Origin: an uncultured Colwellia sp.
GTDB lineage: Bacteria > Pseudomonadota > Gammaproteobacteria > Enterobacterales > Alteromonadaceae
Direction of reading: 5' to 3'
DNA: 64,000 nucleotides
Assembly (NCBI GenBank): GCA_913058395.1
Contig: CAJXQI010000002.1
Location: forward strand, 1 to 64,000
A program made the translations under genes and the position numbers. Positions 9,240 through 20,378 of this stretch are shown here, piece after piece. Position 1 is the stretch's first letter; each line of letters begins with the position of its first letter. The notes beneath the pieces were generated by a model that ran no database searches, was not told where the DNA came from, and was given only the letters and a program-made list of their open reading frames with translations.

Positions 9240-9725
9240 TTATAACTTAATCCCTATCTAAAGTTACTGCTTAACTTTTCCCTTGATTCTTACTAGCCAA
9301 TCATATAACAACACACGATGTAATATCGACAATTAAATCAACCATCTAAAATTTTGTTTCGTATTGAAATCAAAGACAGAAATACTGACCCTAAAGTAAT
9401 TTATTTAACCTATCAAAAATAAACAAAATTGGTTATCCCATACTTTCCGACCAATATAAGAACAATTTTGTATACTATTTAGGAGTAAAAACGCTTTATC
9501 CATATCATAAAGAAATTATAAAAAGCTAATTAATAAAGATTTTAATAATTCTTGATTTGTAACTTACTACATTGATTGATATTTAATGGCTCAAGATAAT
9601 TTCCATTTTATTAAATATATATTTATTATTAAATTAATTCAGTGACTTACGAGGATTTAAAATTTGACACAATTAGATTATTGAGCTTTTATTTAGTTAT
9701 GATTCTACTGAATAAGAAGTAATTT

Positions 9726-10274
9726 ATGAGAGATGAAAACAATGATGACTACATGACAAGCAAACAACTCTTTCGAGGTTTAATGAGTGCTGTCGAAGAT
9801 GCTTCCAGAAAACGTATTGCTAATTCAATATCAAGAAAATTAGAAAGTTTGGCTATTCTAGGTTATCACACAGGATCTATAGTGCCATTTGGCTACCGTA
9901 TGGTAAAAGTCGATACTGATAACTTTGGAAATATTGTAATAAGGAACAAACTGATAGTTAGTCCGAATGAATCTCTTATTGTAAAAACATTATTTAAATT
10001 GGCAAATGAACTAATTGATCAAGACAAGTTTAGTTACACTGCTATTGCCCTAATACTCAATGACAAGGGGCTACATAGACGAAAATCAATATGGACTCCA
10101 ACAAATGTTAAAAGTACCTTAATAAATACTCGTTATTACGGAGTGACTATCTATGGAGCTAAACGTACTAAGCTCAACTCACATAAAAAACCAATTGAAA
10201 TAGATTGCCTAGCTATCGTTTCAAAACGGTTATTTGAAAAGGTAAACCATTTTATTACTGAACTTCGAATTTAA
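9726..10274 (+). pseudogene. large serine recombinase fragment (recombinase domain only, no catalytic resolvase domain)
   Basis: WTPTNVKSTLINTRYYG recombinase-domain motif; the ORF lacks the N-terminal S-recombinase catalytic domain. Confidence 0.55.
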
Positions 10275-10287
10275 TGAGCAAGTTAAT

Positions 10288-10692
10288 TTATTTCCAATAA
10301 ATATTCTTATCAGTAGTAGCCTTTTCAATATATATGAAAGCTATCAACACTATAATCGGGAAGTTCTTGGTTATCGGTCCAAATGGATGTAACCAAAAAC
10401 TTGGATCGATAAACGTTAGAAGCATCGTATAGAGCACTATGATCACAACTTGAACAATACAGCATAATCTTATTCTTATTGAGGATAACAACCAAAGACC
10501 AATTACAATATCTAAAGCACCACCAGCATAAACCGATACATCTGCCATTAAACCTGTAATACTGGCGCTTGCTAATATTTCATAGCCAACTTCTGGCGAA
10601 AAACTAATAGAGGTTATCCCGGTAAAAAGCCATAAAAAGGCAAGCGAATACTTAGCAGCTTTAATTAAACCATCATGTTTATTAGTGTTCAT
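10288..10692 (-). CDS. DoxX-like small membrane protein (start probably at the internal Met; the longer track ORF overlaps its neighbour)
   Basis: Hydrophobic helices throughout; the track ORF 10288..10788 overlaps the next gene by 85 nt, so a downstream start is assumed. Confidence 0.4.
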   Translation of the reverse strand: MNTNKHDGLIKAAKYSLAFLWLFTGITSISFSPEVGYEILASASITGLMADVSVYAGGALDIVIGLWLLSSIRIRLCCIVQVVIIVLYTMLLTFIDPSFWLHPFGPITKNFPIIVLIAFIYIEKATTDKNIYWK

Positions 10693-10703
10693 GCCCTTTC
10701 TCT

Positions 10704-11177
10704 CTATGCAACAGGAAATGGTTTGAAAACCATTAACCAGAAGATGGCCAAAATTGCAGTAAAGGCAGGTATGCCTAACAAAGTCCATGTTTTCATCAGT
10801 GATTTAAATTCAGGTGTAACTAGGTTTGAATCTACAGAATTTTTGGCTAGCTCACGTAGTTTGTATTGAATACGAAGCACAGGTAGCCAACAGACTCCAA
10901 TAAAGATAAATAATCCCACAACCCAATAAAACCAAGGCGCAGAAAAAGAATAGCCCTGCAAATTCATCAAATACACGCCTGTAATTATTTGGGTAATAAC
11001 AGCAGGCGTTGTAAATACCCAATCACCTAAAATAACGTGTTGAGCGGTGACATAAATGGCTTGTGGGTTATTTGACCTATTTGCCATGAACATGAAAAAT
11101 GCTATACCTGCTCCAGTTCCTGTTACAACGACAGCCGCCAATATATGGATTAACTTAAGGGTTAAATAGTGCTCCAT
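10704..11177 (-). CDS. integral membrane protein (DUF2269-like)
   Basis: Four predicted TM helices; 157 aa. Confidence 0.5.
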   Translation of the reverse strand: MEHYLTLKLIHILAAVVVTGTGAGIAFFMFMANRSNNPQAIYVTAQHVILGDWVFTTPAVITQIITGVYLMNLQGYSFSAPWFYWVVGLFIFIGVCWLPVLRIQYKLRELAKNSVDSNLVTPEFKSLMKTWTLLGIPAFTAILAIFWLMVFKPFPVA

Positions 11178-12334
11178 TACGTTTCCTCTGTCCTATTTTT
11201 AGAAGTCACCTTTTCTTCAAAGTGAATATCTAATTCTTCAAAATCAATTTTAAATTCGCTTAATTCAAATAAACCAACACAAGGCATAGCGCCAGCATTG
11301 TTGCGTGATTCATGGCTTTTAATATTTAAGAGTTTTCTAGCTAAGATAATGGTTGAAAGCGTTGGGATGTAAGGACCATTGCCTTTTGGAGCGTACAAGG
11401 TCCATTTTACTTCTTTAGCATGACTATCATTACCTTTACCTTTTATAAGCACTTCCATCGCGCCCTTATCGCTACCAAAAGGAAGAAAGACATTACTAGT
11501 GCCAACAATAGCTTTTGATAAAGGTGCCCAGCTTTTGACTAAACCTATTTTAGATAGATAAGCCATACCAACCATAGTTAGATGTAATATTGGAAGCTCT
11601 AACCCAGCCTGAAAGCTAACTTGCTTCGATACAGAATAGCGATTAGGGAATAGCTCAAGATCTGGCACATCTACATTGGCTAAATGACGTTTGCCAACAA
11701 AGCCACCAAAGTCATTTACCTTAGAATCCATCCAACCATAAACATCTTGCCAACGACCTTCCCTAAAAACATTAAGAGGATGCCCTGTGTACGACAATAT
11801 GGCCTCAACAGTTGCTAAGCCACGTTCTGCCTTATTACCAGGCGCAATGGCTAAATCTATCGATTCAATGACGCTAAACTTGTTTTGATAATGCTCAACA
11901 ACGGCTGAGGATAACCCTGGTACAGAACTGGCACCACTAACAATTAATACGCCTTTATCATTTGCTTGCTGGTCTAATTCACCAATATCACAAACAAACC
12001 TTCTGTCATCGGCTAAATCAATATAATGAGCACCACATTCAATGCATGCTTTGGGTACACGGTAACCCTGTCCCTGAAAAGGCCCACTGGTATGAATAAC
12101 AAGGTATGGAGAGATTTCTGATAACTGCCGTTTAAAATCATTAGCGAAAATATCAGCTACCAAAGGCTCTAAGCTAGCATGAGAAGTAGCTCTAAGCTCT
12201 TCAACTAGTGCTGATGACTTACTTAGGTTTCGCCCAGCGATCAGTATGGTGATGTCTCTTATAGCGGCTAGATTTTCAACAATCCTCTTACCAAAGTTTC
12301 CATATCCACCAAGGACGATTACTTTCTTTATCAC
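11177..12334 (-). CDS. saccharopine dehydrogenase-like NAD(P)-binding oxidoreductase
   Basis: N-terminal Rossmann motif VIVLGGYGNFGKRI. Confidence 0.65.
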   Translation of the reverse strand: MIKKVIVLGGYGNFGKRIVENLAAIRDITILIAGRNLSKSSALVEELRATSHASLEPLVADIFANDFKRQLSEISPYLVIHTSGPFQGQGYRVPKACIECGAHYIDLADDRRFVCDIGELDQQANDKGVLIVSGASSVPGLSSAVVEHYQNKFSVIESIDLAIAPGNKAERGLATVEAILSYTGHPLNVFREGRWQDVYGWMDSKVNDFGGFVGKRHLANVDVPDLELFPNRYSVSKQVSFQAGLELPILHLTMVGMAYLSKIGLVKSWAPLSKAIVGTSNVFLPFGSDKGAMEVLIKGKGNDSHAKEVKWTLYAPKGNGPYIPTLSTIILARKLLNIKSHESRNNAGAMPCVGLFELSEFKIDFEELDIHFEEKVTSKNRTEET

Positions 12335-13017
12335 TTCATTTCCTTACATGGAATAGCAAAATCAACATGGTAATGTTCATCATGTCTTACCCATGAACGC
12401 TTTTTAGAAAACTGAATATGCTTTTTAAGGTATGGACCGTATGATGTTTTGAATAACTCTGGTTGCAACTTAGGATCAAATATAACTCGCCATAAATCTA
12501 CACCTTGAGTAACAGCCTCTTTATGAAGGGCAACAATGTGTGCAGCTAAAGCAACATAATCGATAGTGTACTCATCGTATTTTCCATTACCATCAAACTC
12601 AATATCGTAGCCAAATTTGTTGAGAGGATGAGTTGGCAAGTGAGCTGATTGACCTGACTCATTCACGACAGGTGTCATAAAATCTACCGATAAACCATTG
12701 CGGTGAGTTTTATGTGGTTTAAATTGCCCACCTTCTTCAAAGCCTGTTTCAGCGTACTTAAATACTTTATTAGGCTGTTCAATTTCTAAAGATTTATAGG
12801 CGTTTACTATGATGTCTTCTACTTGTGTATGTACGTATGTTCTACCTGCAAGCCTTGCAATTGTACTGTATCCAATATAATTAGGCCCTGATGACGGTAA
12901 CGCGATACCATTAAGAAGTCGCCCTTTTGAAGTTGTACCATAGCAGGTACTTTCTTTAGCTAAAACTGCATTAGAAAGTAAACAAGCAATCAATATAATT
13001 GGCTTAAGTAAGTTCAT
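12331..13017 (-). CDS. mepA: penicillin-insensitive murein endopeptidase (MepA-like, LAS metallopeptidase)
   Basis: Signal peptide; HKTHRNGLSVDF and HYHVDF metal-ligand motifs. Confidence 0.55.
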   Translation of the reverse strand: MNLLKPIILIACLLSNAVLAKESTCYGTTSKGRLLNGIALPSSGPNYIGYSTIARLAGRTYVHTQVEDIIVNAYKSLEIEQPNKVFKYAETGFEEGGQFKPHKTHRNGLSVDFMTPVVNESGQSAHLPTHPLNKFGYDIEFDGNGKYDEYTIDYVALAAHIVALHKEAVTQGVDLWRVIFDPKLQPELFKTSYGPYLKKHIQFSKKRSWVRHDEHYHVDFAIPCKEMK

Positions 13018-13514
13018 AAGTCCTTTTTTACTTTCAAGTAAGTTCCATAATAAATTGCTGCACCAATTAACCCACTATACAAACACACTTTGTGAAGCAG
13101 AGGTATGGAGATTAAGCCTAAGAATTGATTATCCAATGTTATTGGAAAAAATGGTTCTACATCAGCATGCATAATACTATCGAGAAATACGTGACTAAAA
13201 CTACCTAAAAAGGCACTGAGGAATACTACCCACCACACAATTGATATAGGGTTTTCACTTTTAGAGATCCTTAATATCTTTAATCCAAATTCAGACAGAT
13301 ACTTCCCTGTTAAAGCAGAAAATATTGCTATCAGTACCGCACCAACGTAAGTATGAGTAAAACCATGAAGATGCCCTTCTCCCGTTATCATCACAATTAG
13401 GGGTTGGATATCCATAACAATTTGAGTCCAACCAAATACCATCAAACTAAAGCTACTTTGTAATATAGCTTTAATAAGGATTCCTGGACCCATATGTATT
13501 GGTGTAAAAGGCAT
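13014..13514 (-). CDS. membrane protein, possibly a metal-dependent membrane hydrolase (YdjM/DUF457-like)
   Basis: Several TM segments; histidine-rich loops. Confidence 0.35.
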   Translation of the reverse strand: MPFTPIHMGPGILIKAILQSSFSLMVFGWTQIVMDIQPLIVMITGEGHLHGFTHTYVGAVLIAIFSALTGKYLSEFGLKILRISKSENPISIVWWVVFLSAFLGSFSHVFLDSIMHADVEPFFPITLDNQFLGLISIPLLHKVCLYSGLIGAAIYYGTYLKVKKDL

Positions 13515-14206
13515 TATGAATACCTATTACTGTTATTAATTGATGATACTGCTTCTGTCACCAGTCTTGCAGCTTCTCTAGGCTTCGCTTGCAATATGAA
13601 ATGTGGCCCCTCTATTTCAACAAACTCAACATGTTTGAAAACGTAGGCAACTTCTTGGCTTTTCTTTAGTGATATAAGTCTGTCAGAGAGTGCTTGAATA
13701 TAAATTGCGGGAATATTAAAGGTTACCTGTGGCAATTGTTGCTTCTTCATAACTTCTAATCTACTACTCAAAACCTGCTTAGGAATCGACTTAATTACAT
13801 TTACAAATTTTGATAAAAGCGGTTTTGTTGCGTCTTGACCAAGAAATAACAACCTATGAGCAATATTTGATAGTGGTAAGGAGACTAAAGCTTTAATAGG
13901 TAATAGTTTAGCTAACCCTATTAAATGGCTGCGAGGAGAGCTTAGAAAGCTGGCAACAAAAATAACACCTTCAATATGTGTAGGGTTCAACTTAAGTAGC
14001 TCAGGAACAATGCCTCCAGAAAAAGATTCAGCTAATAAAATATGACTCTTCTTTGGTAATTGTTGATTTATAACATTAGCTAAAGTAGCGTGATCTTGAG
14101 GGCCAGATTCAGGCAAAGAAATAACTATGTGGTCACCATCATAGTACGACAGAAACTCTGTAAATAACTCCCCTGTCCCATTCATTCCAGGCAATAACAC
14201 TAACAT
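13514..14206 (-). CDS. alpha/beta-fold hydrolase (esterase)
   Basis: LLPGMNGTG ... ESFSGG nucleophile elbow. Confidence 0.6.
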   Translation of the reverse strand: MLVLLPGMNGTGELFTEFLSYYDGDHIVISLPESGPQDHATLANVINQQLPKKSHILLAESFSGGIVPELLKLNPTHIEGVIFVASFLSSPRSHLIGLAKLLPIKALVSLPLSNIAHRLLFLGQDATKPLLSKFVNVIKSIPKQVLSSRLEVMKKQQLPQVTFNIPAIYIQALSDRLISLKKSQEVAYVFKHVEFVEIEGPHFILQAKPREAARLVTEAVSSINNSNRYS

Positions 14207-14430
14207 TGAAATATCTACTGTCCTTGTTCTTAAATTCCCATCAGTTTACCAGCATTAATTTGAACTCAATTAATACATTAAATACAGTTAAATTAATGTG
14301 TTACATCACAAGTAATTCTCTATCATGACAATATCACAATTAAATGAGAAAGACCATTTACGCCCTAAAACTGGCCTAATTTAAACTAAACATTATTGGA
14401 TGAAACCTTCTAATAATTTTAAAATAGCTT

Positions 14431-14769
14431 ATGGTTTTTACTCTCAAGGTTAAGTTAATGAATACAGTAGTCAAAGATTGGTGCTTAGTTGATGTCAATG
14501 ATGATGGGGTTCTTATTGGCTCTGTCCTATGGGGTATAGTTGTGGATGACTCTAGTATTAGGTACTTGGTTAACGACTATGTTTGCACATCGAGAATAAC
14601 TAAGATTTATCAGCAGTTAATAACAACTAGCAGCAATAGCTTATATCAGCTTATTGGCGAAGGCTCTCATGCCAGCATCGAGTTTGAATACTTTGAACTA
14701 CTTAGGAATGGGTTTAATCCACAACAGATTAATGAACTGAGAAAGTTAGAAAATTCAAAACATCATTAA
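14431..14769 (+). CDS. hypothetical protein
   Basis: ORF only. Confidence 0.3.
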   Translation: MVFTLKVKLMNTVVKDWCLVDVNDDGVLIGSVLWGIVVDDSSIRYLVNDYVCTSRITKIYQQLITTSSNSLYQLIGEGSHASIEFEYFELLRNGFNPQQINELRKLENSKHH

Positions 14770-14808
14770 GACTGCCTTTATAAAGAGGCAGACAATGCTT
14801 AGTATTAT

Positions 14809-15123
14809 TTAGCAACCCCAAGGATCTTGTACCCAATCTTGTATCACTTTTAGTTCTTTATCCCCAAGACTACGTATTGCTTTAAATAAATTAAAGTCAT
14901 AATCTTCAATACCATTAGTCCAAATAGCCAAAGCAAATCTACACATAATTGCTTCTTCAGTCGAACAAACCGATAGATAGTTGGTCACTTGATCTCTTTT
15001 GTACCTTCTATTTTCAAAATCCCAAAGTGGAAGTAGATACGGTGTACTTTCTTCTAACCAAATTGCAAATCGTGCTTCATGAGGTAATAAGTTGGCATGT
15101 GGTTGATAATTCATTTTGTTCAC
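14809..15123 (-). CDS. hypothetical protein
   Basis: ORF only. Confidence 0.3.
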   Translation of the reverse strand: MNKMNYQPHANLLPHEARFAIWLEESTPYLLPLWDFENRRYKRDQVTNYLSVCSTEEAIMCRFALAIWTNGIEDYDFNLFKAIRSLGDKELKVIQDWVQDPWGC

Positions 15124-15438
15124 CTAATTTGATTTCACTTAAACCAAGTAGTAGGACAAAAAAATATAATAGTCAAACTAACAAATACAGCAAAAGCCTT
15201 AGTTTTCAATTAATTAAAGGAATAATATATATAGGAAATCTATTAAGGGTTATAAGTAACTTATTGTTTGTATTCATAACTTTGAAATTTTGACTAATTA
15301 ATAAACCATAAAATATATAGATAAATCAATCAGATAAAACATCAATTAAATATTTTAAAAATAGTCATGTACTACTGTTCATATTAAACTAGAACAAAAT
15401 AGCGAATATTCCTTTTACTATATTGGCTCCCTTTCTTA

Positions 15439-16119
15439 TCACTTCCAATCGACACCTTTAGGTAATTCATATCCACTAAATTCCATGTGAATAACTCGTC
15501 TATGTTTTGGTAATTTAGCTTTACTGGAAGCATGTAGTATTAAGGGTCTCATAATTAACATGTCACCAGCATTAGCTTCACATTCAACAAATATCGCCTT
15601 TTTAACTAAGCTATCAATTTCTAATTGCGTTAATACACCGCTAGTATGGCTATTAGGGATAACTTTTAAACAACCGTTATCTGCGTTGCTATCATCAAGA
15701 TGAATTCGAAAGGTAACCATATTATTTAAAACTGATTCACTAGGTTGAACATGAAGCGTATTGTCTTTTAGGCTCCAAGGACCCCAACCATCAATGTGAT
15801 GCTTTTTATTCACAGAAACCGTTTTATCTTGGTGCCAACTGACTAACCAATTTTTTTCAGGATTTTTATCAAAGAATATAGCCCTTACCAACTGAGGCTG
15901 TTCACCTAAAATTGACCGTGCTTTAGCTATTATATTTTCTGACCTAGCAAGCTTGGCAATACATTCAAACTTCTTCTCCGCATTACGAATACCATGAGGG
16001 GTTCTGAGTTCATTCGATTTTGTTATTTCATCGATAAGCTTTTGAATCATTTCAGATGAAATAAATTGCCTTTCTAATGCAAAGCCTTGTTTTAATTTAC
16101 TCATCGTCTGATCCATCAA
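15439..16119 (-). CDS. phytanoyl-CoA dioxygenase (PhyH) family Fe(II)/2OG oxygenase
   Basis: WHQDK ... HASS-type HxD..H arrangement; size 226 aa. Confidence 0.55.
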   Translation of the reverse strand: MMDQTMSKLKQGFALERQFISSEMIQKLIDEITKSNELRTPHGIRNAEKKFECIAKLARSENIIAKARSILGEQPQLVRAIFFDKNPEKNWLVSWHQDKTVSVNKKHHIDGWGPWSLKDNTLHVQPSESVLNNMVTFRIHLDDSNADNGCLKVIPNSHTSGVLTQLEIDSLVKKAIFVECEANAGDMLIMRPLILHASSKAKLPKHRRVIHMEFSGYELPKGVDWK

Positions 16120-17572
16120 GCTGCTTATTATTCGTTTCGTAGTGTTGTTGCCAGAGTTTATTTCTAAAACGATAATCAGGGTCTACTTTTCTCTTTAGTT
16201 CAAAGAATTCATCTGCTTTAGGATAGGCTTTAACAAATTGCTCTGTTGTTGCATGAAGTTGATATGGCAAATAGTAGGCACCATTTTCTTCAATTACAGC
16301 ATCAATTATCTCTCGACTCCAAACTTTTACTGATTGTTGTGCCGCTTCACTGGTTCCTTGACGATAATAGACAACAAATGCAAACACTTCTGTTTTCGCC
16401 CAAGCTAATAATGAGCCGCTATCTGGTAGAGCATGGCGTATCGAAACATTTATAATATTTGCCTGATGCTGTTTAAATATGTTGGCCATTTTGATTGCAA
16501 AGCTATCAAAGTTTTCAACTGGAACAAAGTACTCCCTAAGTGCATAGGTCTGAGTAGTTCGATTAGAAGGTTCAAGCTCGTTAACATCATAACTGGCTTC
16601 ATAGTTCCGCCATTGCACTGCATCAAAGGAATACAGGATCGGCTCTAAGACATGCTGGCGCATCCACTTTCCAAAGTTTGAGTCGGCTACAAACTTTGCC
16701 ACTTTAGGTTGCCAAGTATATTCTTTGTCTTTAGAGATTAACCTCTGCTCTACGGTTAAGGTTTCATAAGTATTTAGCCAACTAACACTACGTATATCGG
16801 TAAAGTTTGGTGGGTAAATATCAGCGTTATGAAAAACGACATTTTGATCATGTCGAATATTTGCTGAAAAGTATTCCTTATAGCTATGAACATTCATCTT
16901 CTCGGTATAACGCTTAACTTTGACATTATCTGCCAAGTTTAAAGTAACTTCTGCAATAACAGCTATACCACCATATCCACCAATTGCACCATAAAACAAA
17001 GTTGAATTCTTTGTTGGCGAAGCACTAACAATTTCACCATTAGCTTTGATTAATTTTATCGACTCAACAGATCTAATTATTGGGCCTTCACCAATATATC
17101 GGCCATGAACATTAACACTAAGAGAACCACCAACAGTAAAATTAGCGTAAGTTTGCATTATTTTTATAGAGAGGTTTTCGGTATCAATAACTTCTTGCAA
17201 GTCTCGCCATGTAATACCACTTTGCACAGTTACTTTCTTGTGAGCCGCATCTAGTGTCAACACTTTATTAAAGGCTCGCATATCCAAATGAATACTATCT
17301 GGGTATGCAATTTGTCCGCCTTGACTAAAGCGCCCTCCACCGATAGAGATTGCCCCTGTACTTGATTGGATAGCACCAACTATATCTTCAATAGACGTTG
17401 GTTGAATAACACGAGTAACCTCGATGGGGTTAAGCTGAGTAATATCATTTACAGTTGTCGGTTGCTCTATTTTTTGGGGGCGATTGTCATCAAAGTCGAT
17501 AAAAATATAGGCGACAAGTAGGCCAAGTAACAGTAAAAAACTAGCAATTATTTTGAAGAACAATTTAATCAA
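16097..17572 (-). CDS. FAD-linked oxidase (FAD_binding_4/PCMH domain) with N-terminal TM anchor
   Basis: GGGRFSQGGQ ... FAD-binding PCMH motifs; N-terminal hydrophobic helix. Confidence 0.7.
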   Translation of the reverse strand: MIKLFFKIIASFLLLLGLLVAYIFIDFDDNRPQKIEQPTTVNDITQLNPIEVTRVIQPTSIEDIVGAIQSSTGAISIGGGRFSQGGQIAYPDSIHLDMRAFNKVLTLDAAHKKVTVQSGITWRDLQEVIDTENLSIKIMQTYANFTVGGSLSVNVHGRYIGEGPIIRSVESIKLIKANGEIVSASPTKNSTLFYGAIGGYGGIAVIAEVTLNLADNVKVKRYTEKMNVHSYKEYFSANIRHDQNVVFHNADIYPPNFTDIRSVSWLNTYETLTVEQRLISKDKEYTWQPKVAKFVADSNFGKWMRQHVLEPILYSFDAVQWRNYEASYDVNELEPSNRTTQTYALREYFVPVENFDSFAIKMANIFKQHQANIINVSIRHALPDSGSLLAWAKTEVFAFVVYYRQGTSEAAQQSVKVWSREIIDAVIEENGAYYLPYQLHATTEQFVKAYPKADEFFELKRKVDPDYRFRNKLWQQHYETNNKQLDGSDDE

Positions 17573-17934
17573 AAAATACTTCCTTTTAATCTAAATTCCA
17601 TGATAAATCATGTCACATTAATTCAGAGTTAGTAATTAATTTCAACTAACTGTTTGCTTTATATTTAAAAACTGATTAATATGCGCTCGTTCAATTATTC
17701 ACCACATCATTTCGAAGGTGAATTCATCAACTAACTGTGAAGGAGATAATATTATGACATTTACATCAACATCCTTTGCAGGTCTTATCCGATAAGAAGC
17801 TTGTAGCTTAGCCACATATTACCTAAGCACTTTAAAGTAGTTTCGCCCGGTTCATTTCGATAGAAATCCAGACCTGCCAATACGTATTACGTTTTAAATC
17901 CTAATTTTCTAATAATGAAAAAGGAATTGGTATT

Positions 17935-19125
17935 ATGGGCAAATCCGTCCAAAAAATTACTGAAAACGTTAGCCTCATTGCATCTACTGATACGTGGATT
18001 GAAGGGCTAGCGATACAGCAACTGATTAAAACATCAGAATTAAGTGGTATGCACAGCGTTGCTGGCATGCCTGATTTGCACCCAGGGAGAGGTTATCCCA
18101 TCGGTGCTGCATTTTTTACAACTAACAAAATTTACCCTGCGCTTGTAGGGAATGATATTGGCTGTGGCATGTCACTTTGGCAAACCTCAGCAAAAGTATC
18201 CAAAGTTAACTTAGATAAACTGGCTAAGAAGTTTGAGCATGTAGAGCAGCCTTTAGATGAAAGCTGGTCTGAAATTATTGAAAACCGAAAGACTGATAAA
18301 GGTATAACAACCGATAGCTATGATCGTGCTCTAGGCACCATTGGTGGCGGTAATCACTTTGCAGAATTTCAGGCCATCGATGAGGTGTATGACCAAATTG
18401 CGTTAGATGAGTTAGGGCTTAATAAAAAGCATTTACAGCTTCTTGTTCACTCAGGCTCTAGAGGTTTAGGTCAATCAATCTTGGTTGATCATATAACTAA
18501 GCATAACCACGATGGCTTAAACCTTGATGATAACGACTTTCAAGATTACATGGCCAAACATGATGAAGCGGTTCGTTGGGCTGAGCTAAATCGTGAACTG
18601 ATTGCCAAACGCTTTTTAGAAGCAATTAGAGCGAATGGTGACTGCGCATTAGACATTAACCACAACTTGGTTTCGTCAAAAAACATTGATGGTTGTGATG
18701 GCTGGCTACACCGCAAAGGCGCAACACCAAGTGATAAAGGTTATGTGGTTATACCTGGTTCACGCGGTGATTATAGCTATTTGGTGAAACCCATTACCTT
18801 GAATGAAAAGCTTAGTAATAGTGAAACTAGCGAAAACTTAAATACGAGCCTGTTTTCTTTAGCGCATGGCGCAGGTAGAAAGTGGAAACGTGGCGAGTGT
18901 CATGGCCGTCTAGGGCATAAATATAATCGTGAAGACTTATATCGCACCGCACTCGGTAGTCGAGTGGTTTGTGGCAATAAAGAGCTTTTGTATGATGAAG
19001 CACCGCAAGCTTATAAGAAATGTGAAACCGTTATCAGCGATATGGTTGATGCGGGGTTAATTGAGGTTATAGCTAAGCTACGTCCGGTATTAACCTTTAA
19101 AACAAATGGAGATTGTTCATCATGA
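17935..19125 (+). CDS. rtcB: RtcB-family RNA ligase, release-factor-H-coupled paralogue (RtcB2)
   Basis: [17 protein letters not shown] and GGGNHF metal-binding motifs; translationally coupled to prfH. Confidence 0.9.
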   Translation: MGKSVQKITENVSLIASTDTWIEGLAIQQLIKTSELSGMHSVAGMPDLHPGRGYPIGAAFFTTNKIYPALVGNDIGCGMSLWQTSAKVSKVNLDKLAKKFEHVEQPLDESWSEIIENRKTDKGITTDSYDRALGTIGGGNHFAEFQAIDEVYDQIALDELGLNKKHLQLLVHSGSRGLGQSILVDHITKHNHDGLNLDDNDFQDYMAKHDEAVRWAELNRELIAKRFLEAIRANGDCALDINHNLVSSKNIDGCDGWLHRKGATPSDKGYVVIPGSRGDYSYLVKPITLNEKLSNSETSENLNTSLFSLAHGAGRKWKRGECHGRLGHKYNREDLYRTALGSRVVCGNKELLYDEAPQAYKKCETVISDMVDAGLIEVIAKLRPVLTFKTNGDCSS

Positions 19126-19763
19126 TATTACTACAACTGTCAGCAGGCCAAGGTCCTGTTGAGTGTTGCAAAGCTGTTGGTTTGGCGCTGAAAACAATTG
19201 AAAAACAATGTCGAGAGAAAGGAATAAAGCTCGATATTGTTGAAACCATTGCTTCCAAAGAGCGAGATTGTTTTAAGTCAGCTTTGCTGCAACTTGATTC
19301 AAAAAAGGCTGAGTCTGGAAAGGAAAGTTCAGCTAAGCAATTAGCCGAGTCATGGCAAGGAGCTATGTTATGGGTATGTCAAAGCCAATATAGGCCAAAA
19401 CATAAACGTAAAAACTGGTTCTTCAGTGTCCAAATGTATGAGGTCAATGATACCCAATTGGATAAAGGGGTAACATTTCAAGCATGCCGTGCTTCTGGTG
19501 CAGGCGGACAACATGTAAATACAACGGACTCGGCAGTTCGAGCTACTCATACTGAAACAGGTATTTCAGTACGTGTTGAAAGTGAGCGCAGCCAACATGC
19601 TAATAAGCGGTTATCGAGAGTATTGTTATTCCAGAAGTTGGAAGCAAAAAAACTTGAGCAAATGACACAACAAGAAAAAGCCCGTTGGCAACAGCACTGG
19701 GAAGTTGAACGTGGTAACCCAGTGAAAACATTTAAGGGTGTAAAGTTCACCCTGTCTTCATAG
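19122..19763 (+). CDS. prfH: peptide chain release factor homologue PrfH
   Basis: [17 protein letters not shown]-terminus as in E. coli PrfH; GGQ motif ([16 protein letters not shown]); start overlaps the rtcB2 stop. Confidence 0.9.
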   Translation: MILLQLSAGQGPVECCKAVGLALKTIEKQCREKGIKLDIVETIASKERDCFKSALLQLDSKKAESGKESSAKQLAESWQGAMLWVCQSQYRPKHKRKNWFFSVQMYEVNDTQLDKGVTFQACRASGAGGQHVNTTDSAVRATHTETGISVRVESERSQHANKRLSRVLLFQKLEAKKLEQMTQQEKARWQQHWEVERGNPVKTFKGVKFTLSS

Positions 19764-19771
19764 GTGAATAT

Positions 19772-20125
19772 ATGTTGATACGAGTATCACCACAGGAGAA
19801 AAAGGTTCGTGATTATGTGAACCAGACTAAGAACTGTTACGGTGAAAATAATAAGAGTTCTAGAAAATCAATTCGATATCGAAAGGTAGCGGTAAATAGA
19901 AGTTACCGTAGAAATGCTCATAATATTTTAAACGTTGGTTACGTAGACATTGAAACCATAGAGGTAAGTTTATCGGCCCAATCAAGAAGTGATTGGCAAA
20001 AGTTTGCTGACGAATCTCTAATAGAGCACATGTCAGACTATAACCGAAACAGCTTAAAAGGTGAGCTTCAAAAAGAAGCCATTAAACGTATAAAGAAAAG
20101 TAATAAAAACACAGATCTAAACTGA
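19772..20125 (+). CDS. hypothetical basic protein (117 aa, Lys/Arg-rich), part of the rtcB2-prfH transcription unit
   Basis: ORF starts 9 nt after the prfH stop; high K/R content suggests nucleic-acid binding. Confidence 0.4.
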   Translation: MLIRVSPQEKKVRDYVNQTKNCYGENNKSSRKSIRYRKVAVNRSYRRNAHNILNVGYVDIETIEVSLSAQSRSDWQKFADESLIEHMSDYNRNSLKGELQKEAIKRIKKSNKNTDLN

Positions 20126-20378
20126 TATTACTTAATTGACAGAAAATGTCTTAAAAAGATCATTGCACTATTATTATTTAATAATTCCGTAGGAGGCAGA
20201 TATGTATTCCATTGAAAAAACATCGACTCAGAAAACTCGCCACTTGGTTGTTGAGTATTAGTTACTTCTAAAAGTTTCAACTCTCGATCAAGGGCTTATT
20301 TAAGCTTTTTATCAGCATCAGAAATTGCTAGGCCAACTTATTACTTGGTTATTAGTGGTTTTTGGTGTGGAGAGATCG

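Noticed and set aside
10288-10788. Full 166-aa track ORF for the DoxX-like protein
   Set aside because: The first 32 codons overlap the upstream membrane-protein gene by 85 nt in another frame. The internal Met (MNTNKHD...) gives a non-overlapping gene of plausible size.
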